Origin: Alphaproteobacteria bacterium
GTDB taxonomy: Bacteria; Pseudomonadota; Alphaproteobacteria; UBA8366; JADFVY01
Reading direction: 5' to 3'
DNA length: 64,000 nucleotides
Assembly (NCBI GenBank): GCA_041563955.1
Contig: JBFGQV010000001.1
Span: 1,508 to 65,507, forward strand
Program-made: the position numbers and the translations under genes
Notes under the pieces: generated by a model
The model's input: only the letters and a program-made list of their open reading frames with translations
The model's database searches: none
What the model was told of the DNA's origin: nothing
Part shown: in pieces, positions 19,047-28,220 of the stretch
Layout of the letters: each line of letters opens with the position of its first letter
Position numbering within the stretch: position 1 is the stretch's first letter

Positions 19047-19604
19047 ATGCGTCACCTTCGCGTCATGCTGATCGCCGCGGTGCTGAGCGCGGGCGTGATC
19101 GGACCGGCGGCCGCGGATCAGACCGATCCGCGACTGGACGACCTGTTCGCCGGCCTCAAGGCTGCCAGAACCGGCGACGAGGCGCATGGGATCGAACAGA
19201 TGATCTGGTTCATCTGGTCGCGCTCGTCGTCGGCCGGTGCCAGTCTGATGCTGCGACAGGGCACGAAGTACATGAGCGAGGGCAGGCATGAGGCCGCCGA
19301 AGCGAATTTCGACGCCGTCGTCGAGCTGGCGCCGGATTTCGCGGAGGGCTGGAACAAGCGCGCGACGGTCCGCTTTCTTCGGGGCGACTACCAGGGTTCG
19401 ATCGAGGACATCAAGCGTACGCTGGCCCTGGAGGAGCGGCATTTCGGCGCGCTGTCCGGCTTGGGGCTGATCTATGAGGAACTGAACGAGAAGAAAGCGG
19501 CGATCGAGGCGTTCCGCGCGGCGCTCGAGATCAACCCGCACTTGGACGACATCGACGGCCGGCTGAAGGAGCTGGTCAAGGACGTCGAGGGCGTCGAGCT
19601 CTGA
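19047..19604 (+). CDS. Secreted tetratricopeptide-repeat protein
   Basis: Signal peptide MRHLRVMLIAAVLSAGVIGPAAA. TPR-like repeats (AEGWNKRATVRFLRGDYQGSIEDIKRTLALE..., ALSGLGLIYEELNEKKAAIEAFRAALEINP). Confidence 0.8.
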   Translation: MRHLRVMLIAAVLSAGVIGPAAADQTDPRLDDLFAGLKAARTGDEAHGIEQMIWFIWSRSSSAGASLMLRQGTKYMSEGRHEAAEANFDAVVELAPDFAEGWNKRATVRFLRGDYQGSIEDIKRTLALEERHFGALSGLGLIYEELNEKKAAIEAFRAALEINPHLDDIDGRLKELVKDVEGVEL

Positions 19605-19688
19605 TCCGCCGGCCTTGGCGCGTTATCCGATCGTTTCGCTGCAGTCCGTTCCCCACCCGGTGCAGATTCCACTTAACTGTATGATATA

Positions 19689-21110
19689 TCAGCCCTTTTG
19701 GACGCGGGCGATCCGCAAGATGTTGGTCGTCCCCGGGATGCCGAACGGAACCCCGGCGGTGATCACGATGCGCTCTCCCGCATCGGCAAATCCATAGGTC
19801 AGCGCCGCCGCCGAGGCCTTGCGCTCCATGTCCGGGAAGCTGCGGGCATCGGCGGTGTGAATCGACCGGACGCCCCAGACCACTGCCAGTCGGCGCGCCG
19901 TCGCGAGGTTCGGCGTCAGCCCCATGATCGGCACATCCGGCCGCTCGCGGGCGATCCGCATGGTCGTCGAGCCCGACGAGGTATAGGTCACGATGCCCCT
20001 GGCCGACAGCGTGTGCGCCGCCTGGCGCGCGGCGGCGCTGATCGCATCGGCCGAGGTCGCCTCGGGGTCGACGCGCTCGGCGTCCATGATCTTCCAGTAC
20101 AGCGGGTCCTGCTCCACGCGGCCGATGATCCGGTCCATGATGGCCGCGGCCTCGACCGGATACTCGCCGCTCGCGGTCTCGGCCGACAGCATCACCGCAT
20201 CCGCCCCGTCATAGACCGCCGTCGCGACGTCGGAGGCCTCGGCCCGGGTCGGCGTCGGCGCGTGCACCATCGATTCCAGCATCTGCGTTGCGACGACCAC
20301 GGGTCGGCCGATCGTGCGGCAGGCGCGCAGGATGCGCTTCTGCATCACGGGCACGTCCTCCGGCAGCATCTCGACGCCCAGGTCGCCGCGCGCCACCATG
20401 ATGCCGTCGCAGAGCTCGACGATCTCGTTCAGCCGGTCGAGAGCGGCCGGTTTCTCGAGCTTGGCCATGATGGCGCAGCGCCCGCCGACGATCTGTTGCG
20501 CCTCGGCGATGTCCTCGGGCCGCTGGACGAAACTCAGCGCCACCCAGTCGATGCCGAGACGCAGCGCGAACCTCAGGTCGGCGCGGTCCTTCTTCGTGAT
20601 CGGCGTAAGCGGCAGCACGACGCCGGGCACGTTGACGCCCTTGCGATCGGAGAGCGTGCCGCCGGTGACGACTCGCGTGTCCGCGAAGTCCGGCCCGCAT
20701 TTCGAGACCTTCAGCCGGATGCGCCCGTCATCGAGGAGCAGCTGCGATCCCTTGCGCAGCGTCTCGAAGATCTCCTGGTGCGGCAGGCAGACGCGGCGGG
20801 TGTCGCCGGGTGTCTTGTCGAGGTCGAGACGGAAAGCCTGGCGCGGTGCAAGCTCGATCTCCCCGTCGCGGAAGGCACCGACCCGGAGCTTGGGCCCCTG
20901 CAGGTCGGCAAGCACCGCGGTTGGCCGGCCGAGACGCTTTTCCGTGTCGCGGATGATGTCATGGCGGCTGCGGTGGTCCTCGTGGCTGCCATGACTGAAA
21001 TTCAGGCGAAACACGTCGACTCCCGCCCGGAACAGCGCCTCGATGACTTTCGGCGACGAGCTGGCCGGTCCAAGGGTGGCGACGATCTTGGTGTGATGCT
21101 GGCGTACCAT
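19689..21110 (-). CDS. pyk: Pyruvate kinase
   Basis: TKIVATLGPAS, FRLNFSHG, MVARGDLGVE, ATQMLESM are canonical pyruvate kinase motifs. 473 aa. Confidence 0.95.
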   Translation of the reverse strand: MVRQHHTKIVATLGPASSSPKVIEALFRAGVDVFRLNFSHGSHEDHRSRHDIIRDTEKRLGRPTAVLADLQGPKLRVGAFRDGEIELAPRQAFRLDLDKTPGDTRRVCLPHQEIFETLRKGSQLLLDDGRIRLKVSKCGPDFADTRVVTGGTLSDRKGVNVPGVVLPLTPITKKDRADLRFALRLGIDWVALSFVQRPEDIAEAQQIVGGRCAIMAKLEKPAALDRLNEIVELCDGIMVARGDLGVEMLPEDVPVMQKRILRACRTIGRPVVVATQMLESMVHAPTPTRAEASDVATAVYDGADAVMLSAETASGEYPVEAAAIMDRIIGRVEQDPLYWKIMDAERVDPEATSADAISAAARQAAHTLSARGIVTYTSSGSTTMRIARERPDVPIMGLTPNLATARRLAVVWGVRSIHTADARSFPDMERKASAAALTYGFADAGERIVITAGVPFGIPGTTNILRIARVQKG

Positions 21111-21227
21111 GGTTCCCGGTATCTTGTGATAACCCGCACGCCGTGGCGGGCGGCGAGTCCCCGTCCGTGGGCAGGGACCGGCTAGGGTAGCAACTTCGCG
21201 CCGTCTGTCACGCGCGCATTCCGCGCT

Positions 21228-22133
21228 TCAGCGGCTGCCACGCCGCGCCAGCACGATGCCCCAGAGGATCACGGCGCCCCCGGTCGCCTGCCAGAACGTC
21301 ACCGCCTCGCCCAGCACGACCCAGGCCAGCGCGGCCGCCGCCACGGGCTCCAGCAGCAGTCCGATCGAAGAGAAGCCTGGCCGCAGATGTGCCAGCGCAT
21401 GGGCGATCAGGCCCTGGCCGGCGGCATGGGACAGCAGCGCGAGCCCCACCAGCATGGCCCAGCCGTACAGGGTGACCGCGACCAGGTCCTCGCCCATGAG
21501 CCAGGCGACCGGCAACAGGACCGCAGCGGTGCCGATCGAGCCCCAGGTCATGATCGTCGCAGCGGAGAAACCCGCGCGCAGGCGCGAGATGGCAAGGATA
21601 TAGCTGGCCAGGAACATCGCCGTCACCACGCCGAACAGATCGCCCAGCAGGTTGTCGGGTTCGACCGCAAGGCTGCCGCCGGCCAGCAGCGCGGCGCCGG
21701 CCAGGGCCAGCCCCATGCCGGCCAGGTACAGCCGCGTCACTCTGTGCGCGAACAGCAGCCACGCGCCCAGCGTGACGAAGATCGGGGCGGCATTGGCGAA
21801 CAGGGTGGCGTTGGCGACGCTGGTGTGGAGGATGGAGAGGTGCCAGAAGGCAAGATCGCCGGCAAAGAACGCGCCGGCCAGCAGCAAGTGCAAATAGTCC
21901 GCCCTGCGCACCGGGCGCCGGGCCCCGGGATCCTGCCGCCGGTCGACCGCCATCCACAGCGCGAGCACGGGAATGGCGAGAAACGGCCTGTAGAATGCCG
22001 TCGCCATCGGGCCCAGCTCGCTGAGCCGCACGAAGATCGGCGATGCGCCCACAAGCACCGCGCCCAGCAGCAGGGCGACGAGGGCCGCACGGTCGGCCGG
22101 CCGCGCCTGCGGCGGTGATGCGCCTTGCGTCAT
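21228..22133 (-). CDS. DMT-superfamily (EamA-like) transporter
   Basis: ATG 22133 (MTQGASPP...). About 10 predicted TM helices in two EamA-like halves. The upstream part of track ORF 21228..22382 is non-coding-looking. Confidence 0.85.
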   Translation of the reverse strand: MTQGASPPQARPADRAALVALLLGAVLVGASPIFVRLSELGPMATAFYRPFLAIPVLALWMAVDRRQDPGARRPVRRADYLHLLLAGAFFAGDLAFWHLSILHTSVANATLFANAAPIFVTLGAWLLFAHRVTRLYLAGMGLALAGAALLAGGSLAVEPDNLLGDLFGVVTAMFLASYILAISRLRAGFSAATIMTWGSIGTAAVLLPVAWLMGEDLVAVTLYGWAMLVGLALLSHAAGQGLIAHALAHLRPGFSSIGLLLEPVAAAALAWVVLGEAVTFWQATGGAVILWGIVLARRGSR

Positions 22134-22259
22134 GTTCGGTCGACCCCCGCCCCTCCTGGATTTCGCTCTCCGGTGTAACGCGGCCGGCGGCATCGGCGCA
22201 ACGGAGCTGCGGCGCCGCTCGTCACTTTCCGAACGATCGAATTCCGCTATATTGGGGCC

Positions 22260-23096
22260 ATGACGGGCCTCATACCGAGACAGGACAGCGGCGGCGGGGA
22301 CCTGCTGGGTCGGGACGATCTGCCGGCGGTTACCATCGTCAACGCCGATGGCGGGGCGCCGGCCGTGCTGCTGTGCGATCATGCCAGCAACCGCGTGCCG
22401 GCGGTGCTGAACGATCTCGGCCTCGACGAGGCCGCGCGGTCACGTCACATCGCCTGGGACATCGGCGCCGCCGAGGTCGCCCGGCAGCTCGCCGAGCTGC
22501 TCGACGCCCCGGCCCTGCTGTCCGGCTATTCGCGGCTGGTGGTGGACTGCAACCGCACGATCGACGATCCGACGGCGATGCGGCAGATCAGCGACGGCAC
22601 GATCGTGCCCGGTAACCGCGGTCTCGATGCCAATGCGCGCGCCCGGCGCGCCGCCGCCTGCTATTGGCCGTACCACAGCGCCGTCACCGAGACGATCGAG
22701 CGGGTCGCCGCGCGCGGCGTCGTCCCGGCGATCATCTCCATCCATACCTGCACGCCGGTGATGAAGGGGTTCGAGAGACCCTGGCATATCGGCGTCCTGT
22801 CCAACGTCGACCGCCGCATGGCCGATCTCCTGATCGCCGAGCTGGCGCGCGATTCGGCCCTGTGCATCGGCGACAACCAGCCCTATTCCGGGCTCGATCC
22901 CCACGGCTACTCGATCGAGACCCATGCCCTGCCCGCCGGTCGGCCCAACGTGTTGCTGGAGATCCGCCAGGATCTCGTCGACACCCAGCATGGCGCGCAG
23001 CACTGGGCGACGCTGGTCGGCACGGCTCTGCAGGCGGTGATGACTCATCCGGCCCTGGTCCCGGTCATCGGCAGCGAAGTGCGGGCGGCGTCATGA
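22260..23096 (+). CDS. N-formylglutamate amidohydrolase-family protein
   Basis: LLCDHASNRVP, HIAWDIGA, SRLVVDCNR, ISIHTCTP are FGase-family signatures. Confidence 0.85.
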   Translation: MTGLIPRQDSGGGDLLGRDDLPAVTIVNADGGAPAVLLCDHASNRVPAVLNDLGLDEAARSRHIAWDIGAAEVARQLAELLDAPALLSGYSRLVVDCNRTIDDPTAMRQISDGTIVPGNRGLDANARARRAAACYWPYHSAVTETIERVAARGVVPAIISIHTCTPVMKGFERPWHIGVLSNVDRRMADLLIAELARDSALCIGDNQPYSGLDPHGYSIETHALPAGRPNVLLEIRQDLVDTQHGAQHWATLVGTALQAVMTHPALVPVIGSEVRAAS

Positions 23097-24241
23097 ACCG
23101 GGACGACGCGTCGGGCTTCACAATCGGCATCGAGGAGGAGTACCTCCTCGTCGATCCGCAGACCGGTGCGCTGGCGGATGAGCCGACGGAGGACATCCTG
23201 GCCGCGTGTGCGGCCGGAATCGACGAGAGCATCGGGCTGGTGGTGCCGGAATTCCTGCGGGCGCAGGTCGAGGTCGGGACCGCCGTCTGCAGCTCGATCA
23301 CGGAGGTGCGATCGAAGCTCGCGACCCTGCGTCGCAGCGTCGCCGAGGCCGCCGCGGACCATGGCCTCGCGTCGATCGCGGCATCGACCCATCCGTTCGC
23401 CGAATGGTCCGACCTGCACCACACCGACAAGGAGCGGTACAACGTGCTGGCCGAGGACATGCAGACGGTGGCGCGGCGCCTCCTGATCTGCGGCATGCAT
23501 GTCCATGTCGGCATCGACGATGACGACCTGCGAACGGATCTCCTCAACCAGGTCGCCTATTTCCTGCCGCATCTGCTGGCGCTGAGCACGTCTTCGCCGT
23601 TCTGGCGCGGCGAGAAGACCGGGCTGATGTGCTATCGGCTGAGCGTGTTCGATGAACTGCCGCGGACCGGTCTGCCGTCGCGCTTCGAGAGCTACGGCGA
23701 ATACCTGCGGCACGTTCAGGTCCTGATCAACGCCGGCGTGCTCCAGGACGCATCGAAGATCTGGTGGGACATTCGCCCGCACACCCGGTTCCCGACCCTC
23801 GAGATGCGGCTCACCGACATCTGCACCCGGCTCGACGACGGCATCACCGTCGCCGCGCTGTATGCCTGCGTGATTTCCATGCTGATCCGGCTGCGACGCT
23901 CGAACCAGCGCTGGCGCTACTATGCCAACATGCTCGTCAACGAGAACCGCTGGCGGGCGCAGCGCTATGGCTTCGACGAGGGACTGATCGATTTCGGCCT
24001 GGGCAAGGTCGTGCCGTATCCCAACCTGCTTGAGGAGCTGCTCGAGTTACTGGGCCCCGATGCCGAACGCCTGGACTGCGTGGCGGAAATCGAACGCGCA
24101 CGCGACATCGTCAAGCGCGGCACCAGCGCCCACCGCCAGATCGCGGTCTACGACGAGGCCTTGAAGGGCGGTGCCAGCAAGGACGAGGCGCTGGCGGCAG
24201 TGGTGCACTGGCTGATCGAGGAGACCGTCCGGGATCTGTGA
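23093..24241 (+). CDS. ybdK: Carboxylate-amine ligase, YbdK / GCS2 family
   Basis: ATG 23093 overlaps the upstream TGA (ATGA). FTIGIEEEYLLVD, CGMHVHVG and WWDIRPHTRFPTLEMR are typical of glutamate-cysteine ligase family 2. Confidence 0.9.
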   Translation: MNRDDASGFTIGIEEEYLLVDPQTGALADEPTEDILAACAAGIDESIGLVVPEFLRAQVEVGTAVCSSITEVRSKLATLRRSVAEAAADHGLASIAASTHPFAEWSDLHHTDKERYNVLAEDMQTVARRLLICGMHVHVGIDDDDLRTDLLNQVAYFLPHLLALSTSSPFWRGEKTGLMCYRLSVFDELPRTGLPSRFESYGEYLRHVQVLINAGVLQDASKIWWDIRPHTRFPTLEMRLTDICTRLDDGITVAALYACVISMLIRLRRSNQRWRYYANMLVNENRWRAQRYGFDEGLIDFGLGKVVPYPNLLEELLELLGPDAERLDCVAEIERARDIVKRGTSAHRQIAVYDEALKGGASKDEALAAVVHWLIEETVRDL

Positions 24242-24367
24242 CGGGGCCGGGACGGCCGACCGCCAAACGTGTTGATTCCGCCTGAAACTCAACCGTTTAC
24301 GATAACCTTCCCTTCATCTTTCCCGTTCATTGTGGAGGCAAACATTAACGGGACAAGGATAGGTGCC

Positions 24368-25624
24368 GTGGCCGACGAGATCGGGCTCGATGCCGACTAT
24401 GCCCAGGAACTTTGCGACGTGTTGTCGAGGGAGCTTGGCTCGGTCGTCAACTTTATGGGCGAGGGCGGCGTGATCATCGCCTCCAGCGCTCGCGAGCGGA
24501 TCGGCAACGTCCATGAAATCGCCGGCCGCATCATGGCCGGCGAGATGGACGAGCGCGAAGTTACCAAGTGGGACGCGCTGCGATCGACGGGCATGCGCGA
24601 GGGGTACAACGTCGCGATCGATTTCGAAGGGCGGCGGGTCGCCAATCTCGGCGTGGCCAACCGTGTCTCGGTGGCGAAGAAGCATGCGCGGCTGGCAAAA
24701 TTCTGCGCGCTGTCACTGATGCAGGCGCGCCGCGCGGAGCAACAGCGGCAGCTGACCGAAACCGCCGAGCGCGAGCGCTGGGCCAGCGATATCCGGGAGA
24801 TCGGCGAAGAGGTCGACCGGGGGATCCGCGCCATCGCCGATGAGGTGGGCGCGGCCGGCATGCAACTGGCGGGCCTCGCCGAGCAACTGAACAGCTCCAC
24901 CGAAACCCTGAACGAACATACCAAACGGGCCCAGGGCTCGGCCGACCTGGCGCGCCAGAACATCGTCGCCGCGGAGGCATCGTCCGGTGCGCTGGAGGCC
25001 GCGGCCGAGGACATCGCCCGCCAGGTGGAACAGACGAGCGGAATCGGCGAACGCGCCGAGGCCGATATCGAAAGCGCCTCGACCACCGTGTGGGAGCTGA
25101 GCGAGGCGTCGGGCAAGATCGGCAACGTCGTCGAGCTGATCAACGACATAGCGGGTCAGACCAATCTCCTGGCGCTGAATGCGACGATCGAGGCGGCGCG
25201 CGCCGGCGAGGCCGGCAAAGGCTTCGCGGTGGTCGCCCAGGAGGTCAAGAACCTCGCCAACCAGACCGCAAAGGCGACCGAGGAGATCTCCCGACAGATC
25301 GCCGATCTGCAGGACCGTATCACCGGTGCGACCGACGCGATCCAGCGCCTGAGGTCGCCGATCTCCGCGCTCGCCAACATGACCACCGGGGTCAAGAGCG
25401 GCGTCGAACAGCAACGCGGCGCCACGGCGGATATCGCCGATGCGGTGCGGGTCGCAGCCGGCGGCGCCGGCGACGCCAATTCCGCCATCGCCGAGGCCCG
25501 CAAGGCGTCGGCCGAGCATGGCCGCACGGCGCGCAACATCGCCAAGATCGCCGAGGGTCTGTCGATCAAGGTCGGCGACCTGACCACCCATGTCGACTCG
25601 CTGGCCCAGCGGCTGCGCGGCTGA
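24368..25624 (+). CDS. Cytoplasmic methyl-accepting chemotaxis protein with CdaR-type diacid-recognition (Diacid_rec-like) sensor domain
   Basis: No TM segments. The N-terminus ([29 protein letters not shown]...[19 protein letters not shown]) parallels the E. coli CdaR N-terminal domain as I recall it. The C-terminus has the MCP hairpin ([37 protein letters not shown]). Start is uncertain: GTG 24368 follows AAGGA, and the track ORF begins at 24269. Confidence 0.85.
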   Translation: MADEIGLDADYAQELCDVLSRELGSVVNFMGEGGVIIASSARERIGNVHEIAGRIMAGEMDEREVTKWDALRSTGMREGYNVAIDFEGRRVANLGVANRVSVAKKHARLAKFCALSLMQARRAEQQRQLTETAERERWASDIREIGEEVDRGIRAIADEVGAAGMQLAGLAEQLNSSTETLNEHTKRAQGSADLARQNIVAAEASSGALEAAAEDIARQVEQTSGIGERAEADIESASTTVWELSEASGKIGNVVELINDIAGQTNLLALNATIEAARAGEAGKGFAVVAQEVKNLANQTAKATEEISRQIADLQDRITGATDAIQRLRSPISALANMTTGVKSGVEQQRGATADIADAVRVAAGGAGDANSAIAEARKASAEHGRTARNIAKIAEGLSIKVGDLTTHVDSLAQRLRG

Positions 25625-25710
25625 CGATGACGGGAACAGGGCTTTTCATCGCCGCGGGGTATGCTAAATAACGTTCAACACCAAGCCGAACACCGGACGG
25701 GAAGAGAGAC

Positions 25711-26007
25711 ATGGACGACAAGACCCGCACAGAGCTGGAGGCGGCGGCCTTCCGCACCCTCGTCGATCATTTGCGCCAGCGCACCGACGTGCAGAACATC
25801 GACCTGATGAACCTCGCCGGCTTCTGCCGCAACTGCCTGTCGAAATGGTACCGCGCGGCGGCCGAGGACAAGGGCATCGAGATGACCTACGACGAGGCCC
25901 GCGAGATCGTCTACGGCATGACTTACGACGAGTGGAAGTCCCGCTACCAGAGCGAGGCCTCGGCCGAGAAGATCGACAAGTTCAACGAGGTCAACCCGGG
26001 CCATTGA
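25711..26007 (+). CDS. DUF1244-family protein
   Basis: AFRTLVDHLRQRTDVQNIDLMNLAGFCRNCLSKWY is recognised as the conserved DUF1244 core. RBS GGGAAGAGAG. Confidence 0.8.
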   Translation: MDDKTRTELEAAAFRTLVDHLRQRTDVQNIDLMNLAGFCRNCLSKWYRAAAEDKGIEMTYDEAREIVYGMTYDEWKSRYQSEASAEKIDKFNEVNPGH

Positions 26008-26096
26008 GGCTGTCGCCACGGGCCTTGCACGTCCTTCGGCGGCGGGATATCTTCGCCGGCCTTTCCTGAACATCCATGACCGGGCGGGAGAATCTC

Positions 26097-26345
26097 ATGG
26101 CCGACGTCGGAGGCATCGCGGGCAGCCAGCTGCGGTCCTATATCGAGCGGATCGAGCGCCTCGAAGAGGAAAAGGCGGCGCTCGCCGGGGACATCCGCGA
26201 AGTATATGCCGAGGCCAAGGGCAACGGCTTCGATCCCAAGACGATGCGCCAGATCGTCCGGCTGCGCAAGCTGGACAGCGCCGACCGGCAGGAACAGGAG
26301 ACGCTCCTGGAAGTCTACAAGTCGGCTTTGGGAATGGCCGGCTAA
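26097..26345 (+). CDS. DUF2312 (UPF0335) family protein
   Basis: QLRSYIERIERLEEEKAALAGDIREVYAEAKGNGFDPKTMRQIVRLRK. ATG 26097 has GGGAG 8 nt upstream; the track start is 26076. Confidence 0.8.
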   Translation: MADVGGIAGSQLRSYIERIERLEEEKAALAGDIREVYAEAKGNGFDPKTMRQIVRLRKLDSADRQEQETLLEVYKSALGMAG

Positions 26346-26380
26346 ATCGCGAACGCGCTACCCGTTTCGTCGTTTGGCGA

Positions 26381-28054
26381 TTATTGGTCGCCAAACGATG
26401 CTGCCGGTTGCTCCCTGAGGTCGAGATACCGGCTCGGGTGGATGTCGCGAACGTTGTCCTCCCAGCCGGCGACACTGGCGGCGACCAGATTTCGCGAGGC
26501 GTGGTGATAGAGGGGGATGATCGGGAACCTCTTCATCGCCAGCTGCTCGGCACGGTGCAGGGTTGTCGCACGTGCCGCCGGATCCTGTTTCGCGGCGGCC
26601 GCCAGCAGCTTCTCGAACTCCGTGTCGGCGAAGCGGCCGTAGTTGAAACGATCGGATTTCGGGTCGAACACCATCAGATACGCGGTCGGATCGTTGTAGT
26701 CGGCGACCCACCCCGCCCGCGCGATGTCGAACTCGCCGAGCCCCAGGTCACCGTAATGCACGGTGTAGTCGTTGCTGTACAGGTCGGCGCGAACACCGAC
26801 GCGCTTCCACATTTCGGCGACCGCTTCGGCGACCTTCTGGTGGATGCCGTTGGCGTTGTAGTGCAGGGTGAGGCGCAGCGTGTCCTGGACCCCGAACCCG
26901 GCGTCGGTGAGCAGCAGCTTCGCGGCGTCGCGCTTTTCCGCCGCGGACAGTGGGCGCGGCACCGGATACGGCCCCTTGCGCTGCACGGTCTCCGGCTCCC
27001 GGACCCCGGACAGGCCCTCGGGCAGGAGTCCGGTCGCGGGGATATCGGCGCCGTCGAGAACCCGGCGCACGAGGGTCGGAGAGTCTATGGCCAGGGCCAA
27101 AGCCTCGCGCACCCTCGGGTCGTTGAACGGCGGCTTTTTGGTGTTGATGACCAGATAATCGACTGTCAGAGACGGATACAGCCGCACCGTCTCCGGCGCT
27201 TCCTCCATGAGACTTGATACCGCCTCGCGCGGCACTTCGGACAAGGTGTGCAGCTCGCCGGAAAAAAAACGCTCCTTCGCGCTCTCGATGAACTCGACGA
27301 CTTCGTAGTAGACGTTGTCGATGGACACCGAAGCCGGATCGTAGAACCGCCAGTTCTTGGCCAGCTTGAGGTAGTTGCCCGGGAGCCACTCGCTGAGGAT
27401 GTAAGGGCCGTTGGTGACCATCTTGCCGGGCCGGGTCCACGACTCGTCGGCGCGTTCCACGTGATCCTTGCGCAGCGGATACGCGCTGTGATGGACGAGC
27501 TGCGCCAAAAACTCGGGGCTGCGCCGGACCAGGTTGAACACGAGGGTAGTCTCATCCATCGCCGTTACGCCGAGGGTGCGTGGATCGTCGGCGCGCCCGG
27601 TGTGCAGCACCTCGGCTCCGCGGATGTTGTAGAACATCGACGCGAACGGTGCGCCCGAGTCCGGCGCCAGCAGACGCTGGAACGCATATTCGAAGTCCCG
27701 TGCGACGAGGGGTCGGCCGTCCGACCATTTCTGCTCCGCGCGCAGCGTGAAGACCCACGTCAGGCCCCCCTCGCGGACCTCCCAGCTCTCCGCCGCGCCC
27801 GGCTGGATGGTGCCCGCGGCGTCTTCCGTCACCAGGCCGAGAAAGAGGTCTGCCAGGATCGCCCGCTCCGCCGGCAGGGTCGCGAACTGCGGGTCGAGCC
27901 TGACCGGGTTTTCCATCACGCCACGGCGGATCTCACTCTCGATCAGCTGCGCGGACACATCGCCCGATGGCATGATCGAAACCGCAAGAACCGGGATCAA
28001 AGCTGCCAGGATAGGCCGTACGATTTTTGTGTTCACCGGGTACCGCCGTGTCAC
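26381..28054 (-). CDS. ABC-transporter substrate-binding protein, family 5 (peptide/nickel, OppA/DppA-like)
   Basis: Signal peptide followed by an SBP_bac_5-like sequence (LDPQFATLPAERAILADLFLGLV, WSDGRPLVARDFEYAF). No permease or ATPase genes are adjacent. Confidence 0.9.
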   Translation of the reverse strand: MTRRYPVNTKIVRPILAALIPVLAVSIMPSGDVSAQLIESEIRRGVMENPVRLDPQFATLPAERAILADLFLGLVTEDAAGTIQPGAAESWEVREGGLTWVFTLRAEQKWSDGRPLVARDFEYAFQRLLAPDSGAPFASMFYNIRGAEVLHTGRADDPRTLGVTAMDETTLVFNLVRRSPEFLAQLVHHSAYPLRKDHVERADESWTRPGKMVTNGPYILSEWLPGNYLKLAKNWRFYDPASVSIDNVYYEVVEFIESAKERFFSGELHTLSEVPREAVSSLMEEAPETVRLYPSLTVDYLVINTKKPPFNDPRVREALALAIDSPTLVRRVLDGADIPATGLLPEGLSGVREPETVQRKGPYPVPRPLSAAEKRDAAKLLLTDAGFGVQDTLRLTLHYNANGIHQKVAEAVAEMWKRVGVRADLYSNDYTVHYGDLGLGEFDIARAGWVADYNDPTAYLMVFDPKSDRFNYGRFADTEFEKLLAAAAKQDPAARATTLHRAEQLAMKRFPIIPLYHHASRNLVAASVAGWEDNVRDIHPSRYLDLREQPAASFGDQ

Positions 28055-28220
28055 AGTTCGGTCGCGTGGGGCGGACCCTAACCGCCCGGCGGGTCGTCCG
28101 CAAGCGGGATTGAATCCGTCCGCGCGATCACGCCCGGGGTTTTATCGGTAAGGCCTATGTTAACACCCGGCACGGCATAGTCGTGCCGGTGCACGACCTA
28201 AACTGTCGAGGAGACCGGTC

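Noticed and set aside
19698-21185. 495-aa + strand ORF
   Set aside because: Antisense to pyruvate kinase.
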